IMG/VR virus record: IMGVR_UViG_3300005512_000153
Span: 1-34,515 of that record
Source: a virus
Taxonomy: Duplodnaviria > Caudoviricetes
Strand: one strand, 5' to 3'
DNA: 34,515 nucleotides
The notes below the pieces were generated by a model. That model made no database searches. It was not told the DNA's origin and saw only the letters and a list, made by a program, of their open reading frames with translations. Made by a program: the position numbers and the translations under genes. Shown piece by piece: positions 28,473-34,515 of this stretch (the first letter of the stretch is position 1; every line of letters starts with the position of its first letter).

Positions 28473-29492
28473 ATGAATATACTCTTAATAAATCAAAATA
28501 AAGGTGCTGGGGTTGAATTTGAGGGTAATCTATTTCTTGAGATACTTAAAAAGATTGATGGTATTACAAGTGTAGAGACATCAAGAACACAAGATACTAA
28601 CTATCTGAAAAAGAATTTGGATTTTAGTAAATATGACCTTATATTACTCAATGATATAAGTAATATAGAGGATAGATATGTTGATCTACTGCCAGATGAT
28701 AAACCAATCATAAACATAAATTTTGGTGGTGGTGATGCTCATGGTAAATATCCCGTAGATTTGGTACTTGATATTAATCATCCATACACTATGTATAGAT
28801 CTGTTGAGGTTAGGAATGTTTTTCCATTATCATTCATATCAGGTAATATATGGAAAAACATAAAACCTTGGAATGAAAGATCAGATGACCTATTATATGT
28901 TAGCAGATTAGCAAAAACAAAAATAGAGAAAGTTTTCTTAGAACTGTTGAGAAAGAATAAAAAAACTGTAGACTTCTATGGTCCAATTATGGACAATGAT
29001 TATTATGAGGAGTATAAAGATGTTATTAATTATAAAGGATTTATAGATCATAAAGAACTATTGAATGTCTACAACAGTTACAAGAAGATATATTTATTTT
29101 CTACAACCGAATGTCTATCTATGACATTAAGGGAAGCTATATTATGTGGAACTGTACCTATTATACTAGATATTAACGGATATTCAAAGGTTGTATCTGA
29201 TTATGTTATTAAGTTTAGGATAAATGATGAAAATATATTTGATGTTGATAATGATATAAATAAAAAGAAACAAAGAATTAAGAATGATATTATTTATCTA
29301 AATAACTTATTTTCATTCGATAAACTAATACTGGACTTCATTACAGCATTAAGAAGTCTATTATTAAAGGATTTTAGGTTTAATAAAAATGCTAATGTGG
29401 TGTGTAGAGTAATAAATGACTTGGATGATCAAAAAATAACAGGCCATTTATATAAATCTGATACTATTGAATGGGATAAAGTAAACCTGTAA
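28473..29492 (+). CDS. Glycosyltransferase, GT-B fold (GT4-like)
   Basis: LLYVSRL...K, DFYG, YKGFIDH.EL...Y and the Ex7E motif ECLSMTLREAILCG. Confidence 0.8.
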   Translation: MNILLINQNKGAGVEFEGNLFLEILKKIDGITSVETSRTQDTNYLKKNLDFSKYDLILLNDISNIEDRYVDLLPDDKPIININFGGGDAHGKYPVDLVLDINHPYTMYRSVEVRNVFPLSFISGNIWKNIKPWNERSDDLLYVSRLAKTKIEKVFLELLRKNKKTVDFYGPIMDNDYYEEYKDVINYKGFIDHKELLNVYNSYKKIYLFSTTECLSMTLREAILCGTVPIILDINGYSKVVSDYVIKFRINDENIFDVDNDINKKKQRIKNDIIYLNNLFSFDKLILDFITALRSLLLKDFRFNKNANVVCRVINDLDDQKITGHLYKSDTIEWDKVNL

Positions 29493-29505
29493 GGAGGGTT
29501 GTGTA

Positions 29506-31074
29506 ATGTTAAAATATGGATTAGAAGATTTGGGATATTTCAATAAAGGGCCTGGAAGTGTTAAAATGATAGAAATGGATATAGGCCCATGGCATATTAT
29601 AGATGTCCCTATAGATATCCCAGAAGAGAAGGTAAAGAAACAGATCTTATCGTTTATCAATGAAGTTATTGCAATAGAAATACCGACATCACTACAATGT
29701 AACCTAAGATGTAAATATTGTTATATTAGTGATCCAAGAATGAAGAATAAGATTGTTGATCCACAATCAGTTACGGATATTCTTATGAAAGTTAAAGATA
29801 TGTTTCCAAAAATGAAGCCTGATAAGAATAGAAAAGATAAGGTATGTTTTTCACCTTGGGGTGCTGAACCAATGATGAATGTTGATACTCTTAATGCCAT
29901 GTATGAGTTTGGTCATGAATATTATGGTAAAGATGGTTATTCTATTCATACATCTACAAATGGTACTATATGGTCTAAAAAGATAGAACAGTTGCTTATC
30001 AATCTTTTTAAGGATAACTCTTTTCAAGATCTTCAAATTTCATTAGATGGACCACCAGAAGTTCAAGATAAATATAGACCATATACAGATGGTCATGGTT
30101 CATTTAAAGATATTGAAAAATTCACTTTAAATCTTTTCAAGTTTTTTGATTCTGTTGGTATTAAGGATAAGAAACATCACTTCTGTTCAACTATTCATAT
30201 GGATGAGAACTTTGAACAATCATGGTTAGGTGCTGCTGAGTTTTTCTCGACGCCTGGTAAGTGGTGGACATCATTACCCAATTTACCAATGAGAATAGCA
30301 GATCATAATATGAAAAATGAGGATGAGATTAGAAGGTTTATTGATGTACAAAAGAAGGTTATGGAATTATCCAAGAAAAGATATAATGAAGGTATCTTTA
30401 TGGTTGATTTTTATACCAGTAAACTATTTGGTAATATTCAATGTAAATCAAGAAATGCTTTTCCATTCTGTTCTGCAATGAATACTCAAATTGGTGTTGA
30501 TGTTGATGGTAGCATGTATCCATGTCATGGGGCAATAACCTCACCAAGACAAAAACCTTTTTTATGGTTTGGTAACTTATTTGAAGGTATTTTATCATAC
30601 CAAAAGGTGATTAAAAATATTTCTTATCAGTTTGGTAGCATTTGGAGTAGAGCAAAATGCACAAGTTGCCCATTGCATCATTATACAACGGGTAATGTCT
30701 GTTGGGATTGTGCTCCACATAATCTTGAACTTACAGGTGAACCATCTACAGACGGGATTATGAAATGTATAGCATTTTCTGAAAGTTTACCATATTGGAC
30801 TGAGATTGCAAAAATGGTATATAATAATCCTATATTAAAAGAAATCCCTGATAAATATAAATATAGTAAAGAAGAGTATTCTAAACTAAAAAAACTTAAT
30901 ATTATGCCAGAAAACATGCATTATGATAGAGACTATGATGGGATTTTAGATAGAGCAGTTAGAAAAGTATGTTGTCTTGATAATAAAGAGGATTATGGTT
31001 ATACACAATATGCTGATGCTTGGTGGAAATTTGATGATTTTTTTAATCTTGTAGAAAAGGAGAAATGTAAATGA
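29506..31074 (+). CDS. Radical SAM/SPASM-domain enzyme 2 (peptide/protein maturase-like)
   Basis: CNLRCKYC, WGAEP, TSTNGT and ISLDGP...D.YR....G.GSF. SPASM: CSA.......DGSMYPCH...FGNL...CTSC...C..C...C. Confidence 0.93.
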   Translation: MLKYGLEDLGYFNKGPGSVKMIEMDIGPWHIIDVPIDIPEEKVKKQILSFINEVIAIEIPTSLQCNLRCKYCYISDPRMKNKIVDPQSVTDILMKVKDMFPKMKPDKNRKDKVCFSPWGAEPMMNVDTLNAMYEFGHEYYGKDGYSIHTSTNGTIWSKKIEQLLINLFKDNSFQDLQISLDGPPEVQDKYRPYTDGHGSFKDIEKFTLNLFKFFDSVGIKDKKHHFCSTIHMDENFEQSWLGAAEFFSTPGKWWTSLPNLPMRIADHNMKNEDEIRRFIDVQKKVMELSKKRYNEGIFMVDFYTSKLFGNIQCKSRNAFPFCSAMNTQIGVDVDGSMYPCHGAITSPRQKPFLWFGNLFEGILSYQKVIKNISYQFGSIWSRAKCTSCPLHHYTTGNVCWDCAPHNLELTGEPSTDGIMKCIAFSESLPYWTEIAKMVYNNPILKEIPDKYKYSKEEYSKLKKLNIMPENMHYDRDYDGILDRAVRKVCCLDNKEDYGYTQYADAWWKFDDFFNLVEKEKCK

Positions 31075-31745
31075 GTGATTTGGATAATAGAATTAATTTC
31101 ATATGGGGTGGTGATGTATTAGATGGTGATAAAATAGAACTTACTGATATTACTGAAATACGATCTAATATAGATCTGATAGTTGCCGCTGATATTACTC
31201 ATGATTCTACATTCTATGAAACCCATTATACAGATTTAAAGACAGATTTGAACAATCCATATGATTCTACAAAGGAGTCTGGCAAACAAACTGGATATGA
31301 AAGTAATAGATATGCTATACATTTCACAGGTCATGATTCTACAAAATATGTAACACATGAAAATGGTGATGAGACTGACTTTAGAACTGGGCATTTTAGT
31401 ATACATGATAGTGCACGATATGACAGTGAAGATACTAATGATGATACTGTCGATGAGGCTGCTGATTATACTACACATCAATCAGTAAACAACATAACAC
31501 ATTTTGATAATGCTAATACTGCTGATGATAGTTCTAATGAAGGATATTATAAAGCAGTTAAAGATAGTTCTTATTGTTATGCTGTACAATCTGGTAGGTA
31601 TGATGATCATAATACATCGGATAGGAGTAATCAAAATGTTGGTAGAAATTTGCTTGATTATAAAGGTGCATTAATTTCACATCAGCAGTATGATCAAGTA
31701 AGCTATCTTGATGCCCACAATCCAGGTAATAATATTATAGCATAA
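31071..31745 (+). CDS. His-periodic tetrad-repeat protein, type B2 (candidate rSAM substrate)
   Basis: AAGGAG SD; overlaps the rSAM2 stop. The N-terminus matches 25898, and all 12 His fall in one 4-residue register over ~180 aa. Confidence 0.8.
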   Translation: MSDLDNRINFIWGGDVLDGDKIELTDITEIRSNIDLIVAADITHDSTFYETHYTDLKTDLNNPYDSTKESGKQTGYESNRYAIHFTGHDSTKYVTHENGDETDFRTGHFSIHDSARYDSEDTNDDTVDEAADYTTHQSVNNITHFDNANTADDSSNEGYYKAVKDSSYCYAVQSGRYDDHNTSDRSNQNVGRNLLDYKGALISHQQYDQVSYLDAHNPGNNIIA

Positions 31746-31761
31746 TAGGAGAATTTTTGAT

Positions 31762-32532
31762 ATGGCGTATAGTTGGATACCAATAATAGCAGGTCAGAAA
31801 ATTAGTGTTCCAGAATATACAGAACTACAAAATAATCTTGATGATTTGTTAACGAATTTTTTAGAGCTTACGGATTATGATTGGGGATATACTGCAGTAC
31901 AAAATGAACCAATTCAGGGTGAGTTAGTAAGAGAAATAAGAACTGCTGTTGATTATGCAGATGATATGAATTATTGTAGAACACATAATTCATCAGAAAA
32001 GACTACTTATAATAATGCTTTAAAGACAGATCATGATGCTGGTCTATGTCCATTAGAAAAATCTTCTTTAAATACTGGACATTTGAATATACATTATATA
32101 ACAGACTATGGAATACATGACACATTGCATTATGAAACAGATGATACAGACCATTTGAATGCTGAGTATTCTAGTGTATTGGGTAGTCACAACTCAATAA
32201 ACATACCCGGTCATAATAGCAGTCACCATACATCAAAATATTATTCCAAGGAAGTAACACACAATGCCTCAGAACGTAGTAGTGTAAATAATGAACGTAA
32301 TCAATCCGCTAATACAAGTGATTATAGTACACATTTAACAGCTAATGATGATGCTGATTATGCTGGTAATAAATCTACTCAATATACTGGACATGAAACC
32401 TCTGAGTATAGTGGATTGCGTACTGGTCATCTGACTGCTGATTATACAAATGAATACACTTATGATAAGAGTTCATATGATGGTACAGAAAAAGGCGGAG
32501 AAAATACCTCTGTAAATGCGGTAAACCAATAA
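31762..32532 (+). CDS. His-periodic tetrad-repeat protein, type A2 (candidate rSAM substrate)
   Basis: AGGAG SD. The N-terminus matches 25110 (NYCRTHN), and 14 of 15 His fall in one 4-residue register. Confidence 0.8.
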   Translation: MAYSWIPIIAGQKISVPEYTELQNNLDDLLTNFLELTDYDWGYTAVQNEPIQGELVREIRTAVDYADDMNYCRTHNSSEKTTYNNALKTDHDAGLCPLEKSSLNTGHLNIHYITDYGIHDTLHYETDDTDHLNAEYSSVLGSHNSINIPGHNSSHHTSKYYSKEVTHNASERSSVNNERNQSANTSDYSTHLTANDDADYAGNKSTQYTGHETSEYSGLRTGHLTADYTNEYTYDKSSYDGTEKGGENTSVNAVNQ

Positions 32533-32546
32533 AGGGAGAATAAAAT

Positions 32547-32933
32547 TTGTCAAATTATTACATAACTAATAAAGAATTATCAGTAGAACTTGTGAATTAT
32601 AGAGAAGAGGGTGTTATATCAGAAGAGTTAGGTGAAATGATTATATCTATTGCTACAAACTATTCCAATAAGGGTAGTTTCTCTTCATACTCATGGAAAC
32701 GAGATATGATATCAGAAGCAGTATTTACATGTGTCAAATATATACACAACATTGATCCAGAGAAAAATCCATTTTCTTATATAACAACAGTCTGTCATAA
32801 TGCATTTGTAAACTATATAAGGAAACAGAAGAAGCATAGTAAGATTAAAGATTCTTGTTATAATAATATTGATAAATTGACAGATAAAGAAAATTATATG
32901 GAAAAGTCTATAAATTACGAGGACTTAAAGTAG
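32547..32933 (+). CDS. gp55: Late transcription sigma factor (T4 gp55-like)
   Basis: Y..NKEL, LGEMI..IA, F..YSW..DMISEA...C.KY..N.DPEK.NPFSY.T....NAF...I.K.KK. TTG start after GGGAG. Confidence 0.9.
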   Translation: MSNYYITNKELSVELVNYREEGVISEELGEMIISIATNYSNKGSFSSYSWKRDMISEAVFTCVKYIHNIDPEKNPFSYITTVCHNAFVNYIRKQKKHSKIKDSCYNNIDKLTDKENYMEKSINYEDLK

Positions 32934-32950
32934 TTTTATAGGAGGAAAAT

Positions 32951-34003
32951 ATGGAGTATCATGGTATAACTATGTTAGGTGACCTTAACACTGATAATGT
33001 TAAGGCTAAAGATACAACAGGACTGTTATTATACAACAGTGTACCAACAGCTATAATGACTCTCGGAGATGCGGCAAGTGGTGCTACATATATTAGAGCT
33101 TATACTGGTACTGCAATCAATGAGTTTAGTACTGATACAAGTATGGCCGGTGATAGTAATGACGCATTACCAACTGAAAGAGCTGTAAAACGATATGTTG
33201 ATAATAACTTTCAACCATTGGATAGTGATCTAACAACATTAGCTGGTCTTACACCTACTGATGGTAACTTTATAGTTGGTAACGGCTCAGCTTGGATTGT
33301 TGAAAGTGGATTAACTGCTATTGCCAGTTTAGGAATGGCAACATATCTTACTGCACCAGATCCAATAGGTTCTGGTACACCTTCAACTGGTAAATTTACA
33401 ACACTTGAAACTACAGGAGCAACTACACTTGGTTCAACTGCCACTGTAGGAACAAGTGTAACAGTCGCAACTAATACAGTATTAACAGGTACAACATTGA
33501 AACTTGGTAGTTCTGGAACATTACAATATAACCAATCAAGTCCTACTGGTACTGCTATATTGGGTTATAATGGTTATCTTTATGCTACTAAGGTCTATAA
33601 TACAGTATATAATGATATAGCTGATTGGCAAGACCTAAATGATGAACTTATGTATGGTAAGTGTTATGTAGATACAAAGAGAGGTGCAAGAATTGCTACT
33701 GTAAGGTGTCAGAAAGGATTAATTGGTATTGCTTCTGATACATATGGTCAGTCATGTGGTATAGATACTGATAAAATTCAAGTACCTGTATCAATAGCAG
33801 GATGGGTATTAGCATATGTTGATAAAGAGTATGAACCAGGCACACCATTGACAAACGATGCAAATGGTAATCTTACTGAGATGAGAATGGATGAGAAGAC
33901 CATGTATCCAGAACGACTTGTGGCTACATACAAGAAACCAGAAGATAAAGAATATTGGAATAATATAGTAGTAAATGGTAGACATTGGGTAAAAGTGAGA
34001 TAA
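32951..34003 (+). CDS. Second tail fibre-like protein, paralogous C-terminus to 23439-25100
   Basis: Thr/Gly-rich shaft (QPLDSDLT.LAGL) and shared QSSPTGT..LGYNGY.YATKV.N.V.NDIAD...GWVLAY.DKEYEPGTPLTND...V.V. Confidence 0.75.
   Translation: MEYHGITMLGDLNTDNVKAKDTTGLLLYNSVPTAIMTLGDAASGATYIRAYTGTAINEFSTDTSMAGDSNDALPTERAVKRYVDNNFQPLDSDLTTLAGLTPTDGNFIVGNGSAWIVESGLTAIASLGMATYLTAPDPIGSGTPSTGKFTTLETTGATTLGSTATVGTSVTVATNTVLTGTTLKLGSSGTLQYNQSSPTGTAILGYNGYLYATKVYNTVYNDIADWQDLNDELMYGKCYVDTKRGARIATVRCQKGLIGIASDTYGQSCGIDTDKIQVPVSIAGWVLAYVDKEYEPGTPLTNDANGNLTEMRMDEKTMYPERLVATYKKPEDKEYWNNIVVNGRHWVKVR
33800..33884 (+). repeat. Direct repeat copy 2 (matches 24891-24975)
   Basis: 60-nt identical core at 33820-33879. 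Confidence 0.9.
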
Positions 34004-34021
34004 ATTAAGGAGGAGTATGTT

Positions 34022-34177
34022 ATGGAAGAAGAACAAATTGTGGATTATAGGGAACTTTATTTACAAGAAAGGATTTCAAGAATTAAAGCTGAAATGATGA
34101 TACTTCAATCAAATTATACAAGGGCACAACAAGATTTAGAAGCAATATCATTAGAACTTGAAGAATACAAAAAATAA
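34022..34177 (+). CDS. Small coiled-coil protein (51 aa), possibly fibre-associated
   Basis: AGGAGGAG SD, MEEEQIVDYRELYLQERISRIKAEMMILQSNYTRAQQDLEAISLELEEYKK*. Confidence 0.65.
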   Translation: MEEEQIVDYRELYLQERISRIKAEMMILQSNYTRAQQDLEAISLELEEYKK

Positions 34178-34178
34178 T

Positions 34179-34208
34179 GTTTACATTCTAACTAAAGTAA
34201 GTTATAAT
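34179..34208 (+). promoter_or_regulatory. Sigma70/T4-early-type promoter for gp47
   Basis: GTTTACA-17 nt-TATAAT upstream of the recombination nuclease gene. Confidence 0.7.
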
Positions 34209-34240
34209 ATCTCTTATTGACTCTACAATAGGAGATATTA
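34205..34240 (+). promoter_or_regulatory. 15-bp hairpin sequestering the gp47 Shine-Dalgarno
   Basis: TAATATCTCTTATTG-actcta-CAATAGGAGATATTA (one G-U pair). The 3' arm contains AGGAG and the A of the ATG. Confidence 0.7.
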
Positions 34241-34515
34241 TGATAGCACTTGTTTCAGACACTCATCTTGGATTACAAAAGTCCTCAGACTTATGGCATG
34301 ATGTCACTCTGAACCTCTTTCAAGAGATGCGGGATTTCTGTGTCCGTAACAACATTGACACCATATTACATCTTGGTGATTTCTTTCATGAACGTAAGTC
34401 CACAAACACCAAATCACTGGATATGGCATATGAGATAGTGAGTATGTTAGATCCAATCAAAATGGTCATTATCACTGGCAATCATGACTCATTCTATAAA
34501 GACAAAGTTAAACCT
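34240..34515 (+). CDS. gp47: Recombination endonuclease subunit (gp47, Mre11/SbcD-like), 3'-partial
   Basis: Metallophosphoesterase motifs SDTHLG, HLGDFF and GNHD, located downstream of gp55. Confidence 0.9.
   Translation, partial: MIALVSDTHLGLQKSSDLWHDVTLNLFQEMRDFCVRNNIDTILHLGDFFHERKSTNTKSLDMAYEIVSMLDPIKMVIITGNHDSFYKDKVKP

Noticed and set aside
4013-30863. Additional TATAAATA octamers inside genes (e.g. 4013, 16000, 17491, 18361, 30856)
   Set aside because: They are expected by chance in such AT-rich DNA. Some (4013, 17491, 30856) are plausibly placed but cannot be supported without TSS data.
27248-31074. rSAM and glycosyltransferase genes as a DNA hypermodification or 7-deazaguanine pathway
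   Set aside because: Both rSAMs have SPASM domains typical of protein/peptide maturases rather than QueE-like enzymes, and no nucleotide-pathway genes are adjacent. A DNA-directed role for the GT alone is not fully excluded.
24891-33884. Diversity-generating retroelement TR/VR pair in the fibre C-termini
   Set aside because: There is no reverse transcriptase in the window, both copies are coding, and the three differences are too few and not exclusively at adenines.
587-34036. Minus-strand ORFs in the six-frame track (e.g. 12967-13575, 26106-26492, 16318-16695)
   Set aside because: All lie antisense to well-supported + strand genes and have no recognisable motifs. 26106-26492 merely mirrors the tandem repeat.
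1-34515. Alternative genetic code (stop-codon reassignment) as seen in some large phages
   Set aside because: Standard-code ORFs tile the window densely, and TAA, TAG and TGA all end conserved genes at the expected positions.

Overview
An AT-rich window from a large T4-like (myovirus-type) phage genome, with essentially all genes on the + strand. It runs from the C-terminus of the terminase large subunit through neck (gp13/gp14), tail terminator and completion (gp15/gp3), sheath (gp18), four tandem tail-tube paralogues, hub/chaperone, a tape measure protein with a lysozyme domain, and baseplate genes (gp48, gp53, hub, a split gp5, gp25, gp6, gp7-like) to a tail fibre. Two free-standing homing endonucleases and one HNH remnant are interspersed. 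The standout is a ~7.4 kb island (25110-32532). Two radical SAM/SPASM enzymes and a GT4-type glycosyltransferase, behind their own sigma70/early-type promoter, are flanked in mirror order (A-B-enzymes-B-A) by four paralogous proteins. Each has a shared N-terminal motif and a ~180-200 aa His/Tyr/Asp/Asn/Ser/Thr tract with 4-residue periodicity. This is a candidate phage-encoded RiPP-like system for post-translationally modifying virion-associated proteins. A second notable signal is a pseudoknotted RNA leader with compensatory base changes, shared upstream of two unrelated homing endonucleases. The window ends with the late sigma factor gp55, a second fibre gene and the start of gp47. All family assignments come from motif recognition by eye, not from database searches.
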